Shown here in pieces: positions 1 to 9,229 of a stretch of DNA of 64,000 nt (positions are counted from its first letter, which is position 1; each line of letters begins with the position of its first letter). This DNA is from Candidatus Falkowbacteria bacterium. GTDB lineage: Bacteria; Patescibacteriota; Patescibacteriia; UBA11705; JABHMO01. The stretch is taken from positions 4,496 through 68,495 of the forward strand of contig JABHAL010000002.1 in NCBI GenBank assembly GCA_018674305.1, written 5' to 3'. Made by a program: the position numbers and the translations under genes. The notes below the pieces were generated by a model. The model ran no database searches and had not been told where the DNA came from. It worked only from the letters and a program-made list of their open reading frames with translations.

Positions 1-305
1 TAATCATTAATTTGATCGAATTCACTTTTAGCAAGATAACTACCAACCTTCAACTCAACGACAACCCGCCCATCTATAACGAAATCAAATATTCTTCGAC
101 CAATTTTTTCTCCTTTATACAAAAGATCTACTCTAACCTGTTCCTTATACCTTATCTTATTAAGTCTAAACTCTTTAGCAAGTGCCAACTGATAATACTT
201 TTCTCTATGCCCACTGCCTAAGCTATTTTAAACTTCAAATGCTGCACCTATTATTTTATCAGTTAATTCCGATTCTGGATAATTTTTGTTTACATTAATA
301 CTCAT
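1..305 (-). pseudogene. GxxExxY-family (PD-(D/E)xK-like) small protein, interrupted by an in-frame TAA and running off the window start
   Basis: Minus-strand translation gives MSINVNKNYPESELTDKIIGAAFEV*NSLGSGHREKYYQLALAKEF...DFVIDGRVVVELKVG. IIGxAxEV...G..E..Y...DxxIxxxVxVELK is the GxxExxY family signature. TAA sits where the family has a residue, with no downstream Met. The 3' end is cut by the window edge. Confidence 0.5.
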
Positions 306-418
306 AAATATTCAGCATATCAGTATTATTCAGTACTCACTTACAGAATTATACCTGAATTAGCAAAATTTTGCAAAAAATAAAAAACGTCCCAGATTGC
401 CAGAACGCTTATTGACTT

Positions 419-658
419 CTACTCCAATGCTTCTTCACTCAGGTACCACACGTACACATAATAAGAACAACTATTCTCTGAATCCCCAATCGCGGTACTT
501 AACTTAAATTTCTTAATGTCAGCTTTATTTCTATTAACAAACTCTTTGGCCAATCTTTGACCAGCATCAAAAGTGTCGTCATAAGTATTACCGTGATCTT
601 TACTGTGTGTTCTGAATACACGTATCTGCCACTCTAGAGGTGTGTCTACTTTTGACAT
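419..658 (-). CDS. small hypothetical protein (79 aa), paralogous to the adjacent ORF
   Basis: Intact ORF, tightly spaced with 667..909. Shared pattern D-x6-A-x2-FVN ... EE-x-L at the C-terminus. No family recognised. Confidence 0.4.
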   Translation of the reverse strand: MSKVDTPLEWQIRVFRTHSKDHGNTYDDTFDAGQRLAKEFVNRNKADIKKFKLSTAIGDSENSCSYYVYVWYLSEEALE

Positions 659-666
659 AACGCCTC

Positions 667-909
667 CTATTTCAACTCTTCTTCAGCAAAATAGGCCAAC
701 TGAATATTCATAAAATCGTCGCCGTTGCCGTCCCTTCCATAGGTTATTGGCACTATCTTATAATCAGAACTTCCAATTCCGTGTTTATTCACAAAATCCA
801 GAACAGCTTGCACGCAGCCGTCATTAACTTCAGCGATTCCATCTTTGCTATCTTTATTCGATCGCCAAAATGATTTACGAAACCATTGCCTATACTTGCT
901 TTCACTCAT
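667..909 (-). CDS. small hypothetical protein (80 aa), paralog of 419..658
   Basis: Intact ORF 8 nt upstream of its paralog, with a similar DxxxxAxxDFVN core and an acidic C-terminus AEEELK. Confidence 0.4.
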   Translation of the reverse strand: MSESKYRQWFRKSFWRSNKDSKDGIAEVNDGCVQAVLDFVNKHGIGSSDYKIVPITYGRDGNGDDFMNIQLAYFAEEELK

Positions 910-1031
910 TATTCACCTCCATATCACTTCAAAAGAGTTTATAATAAACCTTAATTTTTGTCAACCATTTTTTATCCAAACAAAAAAACAACTAAACTGC
1001 TGTTATGTGTTATGTGATACGTATTATGTAA

Positions 1032-1496
1032 TTACTTAATTTCAATAATTTTGAAAACAATAGTTCCTCGTGGTGCTTCAAATTCAACGGTCTCACCTGG
1101 CTTCTTATTCATAAAAGCTTGCCCAATTGGCGACTCATTGGAAATTCTACCAACTGCAGGATCAGCCTCGTTAAACCCCACCACGGTGTATTCTTTTCGA
1201 TTGCCAGTGGCGTCCTCGGCTATAAAACATGATCCCATCCCAACCTCATCAGTTGAAGTGTTAGGCTCAGAAATAATTGCTATTTTCAAACAACCTTCAA
1301 TCTCACTGGCACGTGCCATCATTAAACCCTGCTCATCCTTAGCATCATGATACTCGGCATTTTCTGATAAATCCCCCATTTCCTTAGCTTGTTCGATTTT
1401 TTCAATAACTGCTGGTAATCTTACTTTTTTTATTTGTTCTAACTCTTTCTCTAGCTTGACTTTACCTTCTTCTGTTAAAATAATGTGGTCTGACAT
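1032..1496 (-). CDS. greA: transcription elongation factor GreA
   Basis: GDLSENAEYHDAKDEQ and the C-terminal FKBP-like domain (PGETVEFEAP) are typical of GreA. Start taken at the internal MSDHIIL rather than the ORF-track Met. Confidence 0.85.
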   Translation of the reverse strand: MSDHIILTEEGKVKLEKELEQIKKVRLPAVIEKIEQAKEMGDLSENAEYHDAKDEQGLMMARASEIEGCLKIAIISEPNTSTDEVGMGSCFIAEDATGNRKEYTVVGFNEADPAVGRISNESPIGQAFMNKKPGETVEFEAPRGTIVFKIIEIK

Positions 1497-1723
1497 AATA
1501 CAAATGGGATAAAGGTGACAAAGGAGATAACTTGAGTTCAAATTATCAGCAAAATCACAACTCCACTTTTTTCAAAATAAACACAGATACGTTTATTACC
1601 TGATTTAATAAAATTTGATTATATTTAAATTATAGTTCATTTTTGGTTAATATACAACAATATAGTAAATAGTAAAGTGTAAAGAGTAAATAGAATTACA
1701 TTTTACCTTTTACTCGTTACTTT

Positions 1724-3748
1724 TTACTTATAATAGTTAAAATACCAATGCATAAACTCATAAGCAATCGGTGCTGCAATCGCACTTCCTTCGCCACCTT
1801 CTTCAACCAAAATGGTCACCACAATTTCTGCATCATTATACGGAGCAAATGAAGTAAACCAAGAATGGGGAGTTTTGTCAGTAGCCCACTGAGCAGTTCC
1901 AGTTTTAGCAGCGGCGGTGACCGGCAATGAATTTAAAATCTTAGCACTTCCTTGCGTTACGGCCTGCCTTAACCCCTGACGAATTATTTGCAAAGTTTTA
2001 TCAGCCACAAACTGTTCATTGAGTATTTCTGTTTCGATTTGAACTTCTTTCTTTGCAACCTGATCATAATAACGGTCAATCAATATTGGTTTCAGTAATT
2101 TTCCACCATTGGCAAAGACTGCCGTAAAATTTGCTACTTGTAATGGTGTAACTAATAAATCACCCTGACCTATAGCCATATGATAGGTGTCACCAATATA
2201 CCATTGCTCACTTTTGGCTTTTCTTTTCCACTCTGGATCTGGTAAAAATCCTGGCTTTTCATTGGGCAAACTTATATTTGTTAATTTATTTAAGCCAAAC
2301 ATTTCAGCAACTTGCTTGATTTGCCGAACGCCCATGCCCTCAAACTCACCATAACCACCACCAATGATATAGAAAAAGGTATTAACCGAATCAGCCAGTG
2401 CTTTTCGAACATTAGTAATACCATGACCACCAGCCTTCCAATCAGGGAAAAACCACTCGCCTATTCTAATTCCACCGGCACTCAAAAAGGAAGTATTTTC
2501 ATTTATGACACCTTCTTCCAATGCACCTGCGGCCACGACCGGTTTAATTGTCGACCCAGATGGGTATTCACCACTAATTACCCTATTAAAAAGTGGGTTG
2601 TCCTTATTGTTAATCAAATAAGCAAACTCTTTGGAACTAATTCCCTCAGCAAATGAATTATTATTAAAACCAGGAAGACTAAGCAAGCTGTAAATTTTTC
2701 CAGTTTGAGGATTCATTACGACAGCAGCGGCTTTATTGGTTTTTAACTTTACTAAATATTTTTCAATTATTTCTTGTAATTTGGCTTGCATCGTCAAATC
2801 AATAGCTAAAAATAAATTATCACCCTTAACCATTTCTTCTCTAGCAATAATTTTTATAGCTTTTCCGCTGGAATCAACTTCAATCTGTTCTCGACCATAT
2901 TGTCCACGAAGTTGGTTTTCAAAAGATCCTTCTATTCCAGTTTTTCCGATGGAATCATTTAACAAATAACCCTGTGAATATAACTTTGAAAATTCTTCAG
3001 GATTAATCTTACCAGGATAACCCAAAATATGTGCTAAACTACTTACTGATTGATTGTTTTTTTTGTCCAAATATTGACGTCGAGCTGCAACTTCAATGTC
3101 CACTCCGGGATGATTAGTACTCTGTATACGCATGGTAACAGCTTTTTCATAGGTCAAGCCATCAATTAACATCACTGGCTCAAAGTATTCTTTAACAGTT
3201 GCTTTTGTCTTCAAAACTTTTTCTAACTTTTCCTGATAATCAGGGTCTTCAATATTTTGTTTCAACCACGTCAACGTTTCCTCCTGATTCTTATCCGTTT
3301 CCAATTTTAAATCATACATGATTATGTAGACTGCAAAGTTAGGCACATTTTTTACCAGCTCTTGACCATTCAAATCATAAATTATTCCACGTGGAGCTGG
3401 CAAATTAATAACTCTAAGGCGATTTTGCTCAGCTAGGCCGTGATAATACTCACCACGTACTACCTGCAAAAAGAATGACTGCAAAAACAAAATAAAAAAA
3501 CAGGCAAGAACAAACATCAAAAACCAAACCAGTTTTTTATTACTCAAACTTAAGCCCAAGTAATTCTTGCCTGTACGCGCTAATTCATCTTCTGAAAAAT
3601 CGATATAAGCCTCTTCAACCCAAGCTGTCCTTTTTCTTTTTTTGGAATTTTCATCATTTATATTTAAACCTCCACCCAAAAACAAAAAACCGTCTTCAGG
3701 CAGGTTACTTTTATTGTGCTTTTTTCTGAAAAATAAACGCCAACGCAT
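1724..3748 (-). CDS. mrdA: penicillin-binding protein 2 (peptidoglycan D,D-transpeptidase)
   Basis: N-terminal TM segment, PBP dimerisation domain, and the transpeptidase motifs SGSTIKP, SxN and KTGTA. Confidence 0.85.
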   Translation of the reverse strand: MRWRLFFRKKHNKSNLPEDGFLFLGGGLNINDENSKKRKRTAWVEEAYIDFSEDELARTGKNYLGLSLSNKKLVWFLMFVLACFFILFLQSFFLQVVRGEYYHGLAEQNRLRVINLPAPRGIIYDLNGQELVKNVPNFAVYIIMYDLKLETDKNQEETLTWLKQNIEDPDYQEKLEKVLKTKATVKEYFEPVMLIDGLTYEKAVTMRIQSTNHPGVDIEVAARRQYLDKKNNQSVSSLAHILGYPGKINPEEFSKLYSQGYLLNDSIGKTGIEGSFENQLRGQYGREQIEVDSSGKAIKIIAREEMVKGDNLFLAIDLTMQAKLQEIIEKYLVKLKTNKAAAVVMNPQTGKIYSLLSLPGFNNNSFAEGISSKEFAYLINNKDNPLFNRVISGEYPSGSTIKPVVAAGALEEGVINENTSFLSAGGIRIGEWFFPDWKAGGHGITNVRKALADSVNTFFYIIGGGYGEFEGMGVRQIKQVAEMFGLNKLTNISLPNEKPGFLPDPEWKRKAKSEQWYIGDTYHMAIGQGDLLVTPLQVANFTAVFANGGKLLKPILIDRYYDQVAKKEVQIETEILNEQFVADKTLQIIRQGLRQAVTQGSAKILNSLPVTAAAKTGTAQWATDKTPHSWFTSFAPYNDAEIVVTILVEEGGEGSAIAAPIAYEFMHWYFNYYK

Positions 3749-3750
3749 AT

Positions 3751-4290
3751 TTATTGTTTGGTAGTATCTATAAAGACAGCCTTAAACCTTCGGCTAAATA
3801 AGTTAAACACTGCAAATAACAAAACAGAAAGAACTAAATTAAACAAAATTTGCCAGAGTAAATCATTTATAGAATTTACAGTTAAATGATTAATCAAAGA
3901 ATAGTCCTTGACCTTTATCAGGTAATTGACAGCCGTGTACATGTAGAGAAAAGCATTATAAACAATCGTGGAAATTACAGTCAGCCCAACTAGCGTATAA
4001 AGAGATTTATTAGTAAGAAAATGTACAAATATCTTGTAGGCGACATACATTGTTAATAATAAACTAACCAGTAAAGCCCCAAAAGGCAAAGCAGAATATA
4101 AATCCAAAATTACACCTAGTATAAATGCGTAGGTAGTCCCAATTGAAAACCGACCCACCATTGAAATAAAAATCAATACTACTATCAAAACATTAATCTT
4201 GCCTAAGTTTGCAGGAAAGAGCGCTACCATTCCTAGCTGTAGACCCGCCAATAATAAAATAAAAAAAGTGTGTTTGATTAGCTTAATCAT
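3751..4290 (-). CDS. mreD: rod shape-determining protein MreD (polytopic membrane protein)
   Basis: Roughly 5-TM hydrophobic 179-aa protein immediately downstream of mreC, overlapping it by 8 nt, followed by PBP2. This is the canonical mreBCD-mrdA order. Confidence 0.6.
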   Translation of the reverse strand: MIKLIKHTFFILLLAGLQLGMVALFPANLGKINVLIVVLIFISMVGRFSIGTTYAFILGVILDLYSALPFGALLVSLLLTMYVAYKIFVHFLTNKSLYTLVGLTVISTIVYNAFLYMYTAVNYLIKVKDYSLINHLTVNSINDLLWQILFNLVLSVLLFAVFNLFSRRFKAVFIDTTKQ

Positions 4291-5104
4291 CGTCTTGATT
4301 ATATTTCAAAATATTTACTATATTGATTTTATTGAAATCAACCATGGAGGCCAAAGCGGCCTCCTGAAACAACTCTTCTGGCTCATTAACAATACTCTTG
4401 ATCTGACCAATTACAATATTTCCCGGCACTTTTTGTTCTAAACCTGAAGTTACTATTATATCGCCCTCTTTTATCATCTCAGTCTGTGGGATTAAACGCA
4501 TTTTTATTCCCAAGCCAAACTCACCCTCTACCACCCCTATTGTTCGTGATTTATTCTGGATCCTCGCAGCTACCTTTGACAAATCATCATTAATTAACAA
4601 AACAATAGAACTATTTTTATTGACTTTGATAATTTTGCCAATCAACATATTTTGTTCTGCTAAAACAGGCTGCCCTACCTCAATTCCGACCTTACTTCCA
4701 ACATCAAGGATCAAGGCATTTTGTGAACCGTCGGCACTTTGACCAATCACTCTAGCGATTTCAAACAAATATTGATTTTTGTCTACAAACTGCATTTGTT
4801 CACGCAAAAATTGATTTTCTTCTTGTTCAGACACACATCTACTTTTTTCGTTAATCAGCATTGCTAATTGATCCTTCAAATCCTTATTCTCTTGGACCAA
4901 AGCTTGTTTAGACCTAAAATTCAAATAATTATCCCCCACCCAATAAGAGATTTGGTAAACTGATCTTAATACTGGTTTAGTAGCTGACACAGCCAAATTT
5001 TCAATTGGTCTTAGAACTTTTATGTAATGTAAAAAAAACAGCAGTAGAACAATTACCACTGAAACAATAATTAATTTTGTTGATTTTCTATTTAACATTA
5101 CCAT
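4283..5104 (-). CDS. mreC: rod shape-determining protein MreC
   Basis: N-terminal TM, a coiled coil (LVQENKDLKDQLAMLINEKS) and a C-terminal MreC beta-domain. Start probably at an internal Met, because the ORF-track start lies inside a heptamer repeat. Confidence 0.75.
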   Translation of the reverse strand: MVMLNRKSTKLIIVSVVIVLLLFFLHYIKVLRPIENLAVSATKPVLRSVYQISYWVGDNYLNFRSKQALVQENKDLKDQLAMLINEKSRCVSEQEENQFLREQMQFVDKNQYLFEIARVIGQSADGSQNALILDVGSKVGIEVGQPVLAEQNMLIGKIIKVNKNSSIVLLINDDLSKVAARIQNKSRTIGVVEGEFGLGIKMRLIPQTEMIKEGDIIVTSGLEQKVPGNIVIGQIKSIVNEPEELFQEAALASMVDFNKINIVNILKYNQDDD

Positions 5105-5191
5105 GAAAACACCAGAACACGAGAACACTAGAACACCTATAGCAATTGCTTTAATGCTTTAATATTTTAATGCTTTAATGTTTTTATCAAA

Positions 5192-6247
5192 TTACCTCAC
5201 CATTTTCTCCTCATTCGCTGAAGGTAATAAAACTTGTTCCAATAATTTTTCATCATCCAAAAGTAAATTAATACCTCGAATTGTGCAGGTTGTTGGATCA
5301 TCGGCTATTCTCACTGGAATTTCAGTTTCTTTACTAATAGTTTTTTCAATTCCGCGGAGCAACGATCCACCGCCACAAAGAATAATTCCTCTTTCATAAA
5401 TATCAGCGACTAATTCTGGTGGAGTTATTTCCAAAACACTTTTAATTGAATCCACCACCTGGTTAACCGTTGAGGCCAATGCCTCCCTCACCTGATAATC
5501 GTTGATCATAATCTCCCTTGGCAAACCTGTGATTAAATCCCGCCCTCTCATTTCGATAGAAATTGATTCTCCTTGTTCATGAGAAGATCCAACTTTTATT
5601 TTTATTTGCTCAGCAATCTTTTCACCAATTAACAAATTAAAGTGATCTCGAGCATATTGAATAATATTTTTACTTAAATCTTCACCAGCTATTTTTAATG
5701 ATTTCCAAATAACTACGCCGTGTAATGAGATAACTGCAATCTCAGTTTTACCACCACCCATATTTATCAACATACTACCCGAAGCATCCTGAACCGGCAG
5801 ACGTGCACCAATAGCGGCGGCCATTATTTCTTCAACCAAGAAAACTTTTCCCGCTCCTGCACCCAGAGCTGCATCTTCGACAGCCTTTTTTTCTACCTCG
5901 GTAACGTCCAGAGGGATGCCAATAATCACACTAGGCCTAGCTGTAAAATTAAGATTCTCTTGGAAAATTTTGTCAAAAAAATACTTTAGCATTTTTTCAG
6001 TTACTTCAAAATCAGAAATAACCCCTCGAACCAAGGGATATGCCAAAGTAATATATGCTGGGTTTTTGCCAACCATCTTGCGAGCATCTTCGCCCACTGC
6101 GATAATCTGATCCAAACGATTATTCACAGCTACAATTGATGGTTCACGAATAATTATTCCTTTATCCTGCAAACACAAAATTGTATTAGCTGTGCCTAAA
6201 TCAATCCCAATCTTTTTTGAAAACCTATTTAAGAATTTTCTAAACAT
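5192..6247 (-). CDS. mreB: rod shape-determining protein MreB (actin-like ATPase)
   Basis: GIDLGTANT phosphate-1 motif, NMGGGKTEIAVIS and DDPTTC are typical of MreB. Confidence 0.9.
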   Translation of the reverse strand: MFRKFLNRFSKKIGIDLGTANTILCLQDKGIIIREPSIVAVNNRLDQIIAVGEDARKMVGKNPAYITLAYPLVRGVISDFEVTEKMLKYFFDKIFQENLNFTARPSVIIGIPLDVTEVEKKAVEDAALGAGAGKVFLVEEIMAAAIGARLPVQDASGSMLINMGGGKTEIAVISLHGVVIWKSLKIAGEDLSKNIIQYARDHFNLLIGEKIAEQIKIKVGSSHEQGESISIEMRGRDLITGLPREIMINDYQVREALASTVNQVVDSIKSVLEITPPELVADIYERGIILCGGGSLLRGIEKTISKETEIPVRIADDPTTCTIRGINLLLDDEKLLEQVLLPSANEEKMVR

Positions 6248-6266
6248 AAACTAACTCCCTGCCCTC

Positions 6267-7508
6267 CTATGTCAACTTTTTAACAATTTGATTAAGTTTA
6301 ATCAATTCCATTTTTTCTTGATTTCGTTGCTTGAATTCTATGCTTTCTTGGGCCAAGGTTTTTTCACTAACCACAATTCTATATGGCATACCAAGTAAAT
6401 CGCTATCATTCAATTTCACGCCAGCTGATTCCTCTCTATCATCATATAAAACCTCAATTCCAGCCTGCTGCAACTCATCATAGAGTTTGTCACTAACAGC
6501 CTTAATTTTAGCGTCTTTTCCAAGGAAAAGCAAATGCACCTTGAATGGAGCAATAGACTCAGGCCAAATCATACCTTTGTCGTCATGGTGAACCTCAATT
6601 ACAGACCCCATAACCCTAGATGGCCCAATACCATAACAACCCATGATCACTGGTTGTTCCTTGCCATCTTTATCAGTATATTTAAAATTAAAAGCAGTAC
6701 TGTATTTGGTTTTTAATGGAAAAATATTTCCAACCTCAATGGCCTTGGCCTCTAAAATTTGACCACCACATTTAGGACATTTATCGCCAATTTTAACTTC
6801 GCAAATTTCATCATTCTGTGCAAAGTCACATTTATCGCAGTAAAAAACTGTATCTTCTCCGCTATCAGTAAAAACCTGAAACTCATGTGAGTATTTAGAA
6901 AAGTCGCCACCTGAAGCCTCCACTATTTTAGCGTTCAAACCACAACGTTTGAATACATTCAAATATGCTCCTTTGGATTTTTCATAGTATTGCCACATGT
7001 CCTCCTCATTAAGATGAAAACTGTATAAATCTTTCATGCTAAATTCTAAACCACGCAATATTCCTGATTTAGCTCTAGGTTCATTGCGGAACTTATCCTG
7101 AATTTGATAAACAGCCACAGGCAAGTCCTTATATGATTTAACAAACTTTTGTACCAATGGAGTAACCACTTCTTCGTGGGTCCAGCCTAAACCATAGTCC
7201 TTTTCACTACGACCCTTAAGCTGAAACATTACCTCAGGACCTGGACTTTCCCAACGTCCAGTTTTTTGCCAGATTTCCTTTGGTGTTAATGCCGGCATTA
7301 ATATTTCCTGACCATCAATGACCTCCATTTCTTCCCTAACAATCTTTTTCACTTTATCCAAAACCCTCAATCCCAATGGTAAATATGAATAAACTCCGGC
7401 CATTAATTTATCTACAAAACCAGCTCTAATTAATAAGCTTGCATTGGTACTGACTTCATCTTTTGGTAATTCCTTAATTGTTTTGGTGAATAGTTTTGAT
7501 TGACGCAT
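6267..7508 (-). CDS. proS: prolyl-tRNA synthetase (short form lacking the editing domain)
   Basis: N-terminal FTKTIKELPKDEVS...RAGF, class II motif 3 GCYGIGPSRVMG, and a Cys-rich zinc-binding insert CDKCDF...CPKCGG. Confidence 0.85.
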   Translation of the reverse strand: MRQSKLFTKTIKELPKDEVSTNASLLIRAGFVDKLMAGVYSYLPLGLRVLDKVKKIVREEMEVIDGQEILMPALTPKEIWQKTGRWESPGPEVMFQLKGRSEKDYGLGWTHEEVVTPLVQKFVKSYKDLPVAVYQIQDKFRNEPRAKSGILRGLEFSMKDLYSFHLNEEDMWQYYEKSKGAYLNVFKRCGLNAKIVEASGGDFSKYSHEFQVFTDSGEDTVFYCDKCDFAQNDEICEVKIGDKCPKCGGQILEAKAIEVGNIFPLKTKYSTAFNFKYTDKDGKEQPVIMGCYGIGPSRVMGSVIEVHHDDKGMIWPESIAPFKVHLLFLGKDAKIKAVSDKLYDELQQAGIEVLYDDREESAGVKLNDSDLLGMPYRIVVSEKTLAQESIEFKQRNQEKMELIKLNQIVKKLT

Positions 7509-7585
7509 AATGTTAGTAGATTCAAGTTGATAGATTCAAGTGAACAATTACCAAAATCTTTAATCTTAAATCATTAATCTGTAAT

Positions 7586-8026
7586 CTAATTGAGTTTTTT
7601 ATATGAAATGAAAAATAATTCAATAACCGTAGTGAAAGAAATTACAATCAACATCAACCACCAGGTCAAATATCTTTGACTTTGTAAAATCAAAGCCATG
7701 ATGATTATAAAAGTAAATAATATTGCTTGCCTTGAAGCTAGGCTAATACTCTTTTGCGGGACTTCATCTTTTTTTAGTAATTTAATTCTGACCCAAATAC
7801 CGAACAACGACAGCAAAGATCCCAAGGAAAAAGCTAAACTAATGTAAAATAAAAACAAACCTAATATCCCAGCTTCAAATGGATTTATAAAAATTAAAAC
7901 CAAAATCCAGGCTGCCCAACAGATAGCACAGCAAACTGATAAAATGATTGAATACCTAGTTATGGTCATATTGCCTATATCAATTTTAGCATTAATATAC
8001 TGGTCTTTCAATAGAGGTTTGTACAA
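7586..8026 (-). CDS. hypothetical polytopic membrane protein
   Basis: 146 aa with four predicted TM helices and no recognisable motif. Confidence 0.4.
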   Translation of the reverse strand: MYKPLLKDQYINAKIDIGNMTITRYSIILSVCCAICWAAWILVLIFINPFEAGILGLFLFYISLAFSLGSLLSLFGIWVRIKLLKKDEVPQKSISLASRQAILFTFIIIMALILQSQRYLTWWLMLIVISFTTVIELFFISYKKLN

Positions 8027-8318
8027 TTTTCAGCTTTTTTACTATTTGACCACCAAATTTCTTGTTGATAGCCTCAATTATTGAATTTTTCTTAAAATTT
8101 AGTTCCTGAGCAATAATTGAATTAGCAGTCTCAACTTTCAAGATCTGACTCTTCAATGAAATAACTCTAACCAGCTCGTGCCCCTTTTTTCCCCAAAATT
8201 CACGCATTAAACCATTGGCAAACTCAACAACCATACCGGACATTATTTGTTTAGCCAGTGGTTTTTTCTTAAATCTAGAAAGTAATATTTTTTGTAGTGA
8301 ATCCGCCATAAATTTCAA
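7992..8318 (-). CDS. DUF721/DciA-like small protein
   Basis: 108 aa. LKVETANSIIAQELNFKKNSIIEAINKKFG resembles the DUF721 (DciA) core. Call is weak. Confidence 0.35.
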   Translation of the reverse strand: MKFMADSLQKILLSRFKKKPLAKQIMSGMVVEFANGLMREFWGKKGHELVRVISLKSQILKVETANSIIAQELNFKKNSIIEAINKKFGGQIVKKLKIVQTSIERPVY

Positions 8319-8357
8319 TTACGTAGACTAATTTTGTCTAAATTTACTTAACGACTA

Positions 8358-8386
8358 TTGACAAAATATATAATCTATGCTATAAT
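8358..8386 (+). promoter_or_regulatory. consensus sigma70 promoter (TTGACA-17-TATAAT) for 8434..9111
   Basis: Exact TTGACA at 8358-8363, a 17-nt spacer and exact TATAAT at 8381-8386. AAGGAGG SD at 8419-8425, 8 nt before the ATG. Confidence 0.55.
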
Positions 8387-8433
8387 ACTAAGATTTGATG
8401 ATTGAAAAATAACTTTCCCTTAAGGAGGATACC

Positions 8434-9111
8434 ATGAGAAAGTTCATCAATTTGTTTGTGATTTTAGGAATAATTATGTTTGCCAGCAACGTGCAAGCAA
8501 AAGATGTGGATATGTCAAACTTTGACATGCGCGTGCGATTCAGCCGTGCAATAGAGTCCTGGGCGTTTCACAACTTCGATGTCCTGTTCGAGGCCAATGC
8601 ATTTATCACTGACTACCAGACGATGAATGCCATGTTTGGTCTGTTGTACCACGTCGATCGGAACAGTAAACTGGTTCTGATGATTGGTCAACAGTTGGGC
8701 GCAGGCGTGAGCAGCAACAATGTAGCTCTGACCGGTCGCTGGCATCAACGTGTAAGTCGGGTTGTAGGTTTCAAGTTGGAGGCGGATCTTTTCATTCCCA
8801 TCCAGGCCAACAATGCCGAGAGCCAACCCACGGTCGGCTTCAGAACCTACGAGTCACTTGACTTTATGATCGAGCGCAGGATGTTCATCTCGCTCGGACT
8901 GGAACAGGAAAAGCTGGACAACTTCCGATATCGGTTCGGACCCAGTTTCACCTGGCAGTGGCTTCGAGTTTGGGCCGGATACCTTCATCAGGAAGAATCC
9001 GGTACAAAGCAAAGTTCCACAAATCAGCCAACGCCGGTGAACGCACAACCTCGCTGTACTGACTGCGACTGCGGAGATATGTTCTTCGCCTCAGTAGCGC
9101 TAACCTTCTAA
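8434..9111 (+). CDS. secreted protein with signal peptide, putative beta-rich/beta-barrel fold, in a GC-rich islet
   Basis: N-terminal signal peptide MRKFINLFVILGIIMFASNVQA-KD. Alternating hydrophobic pattern, aromatic-rich, C-terminal Phe. GC content clearly above the flanks. Confidence 0.6.
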   Translation: MRKFINLFVILGIIMFASNVQAKDVDMSNFDMRVRFSRAIESWAFHNFDVLFEANAFITDYQTMNAMFGLLYHVDRNSKLVLMIGQQLGAGVSSNNVALTGRWHQRVSRVVGFKLEADLFIPIQANNAESQPTVGFRTYESLDFMIERRMFISLGLEQEKLDNFRYRFGPSFTWQWLRVWAGYLHQEESGTKQSSTNQPTPVNAQPRCTDCDCGDMFFASVALTF

Positions 9112-9229
9112 TTTCTGACCGCAACGGTCAAGAAAAACTCTTCAATGCATCTATTGGGGAGTTTTTTTGTCCATTAAAACATAAAAACATGAAAGCATTA
9201 AAGCAATTACAGTAAATGTTCTGATGTTT

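Noticed and set aside
12-221. Plus-strand 69-aa ORF at the window start
   Set aside because: It overlaps the opposite strand of a recognisable GxxExxY-family reading frame and has no RBS.
8515-9048. Minus-strand ORFs 8515..8826 and 8854..9048 inside the secreted-protein gene
   Set aside because: They are antisense shadow ORFs in a GC-rich gene. The plus-strand gene has a perfect promoter, SD and signal peptide.
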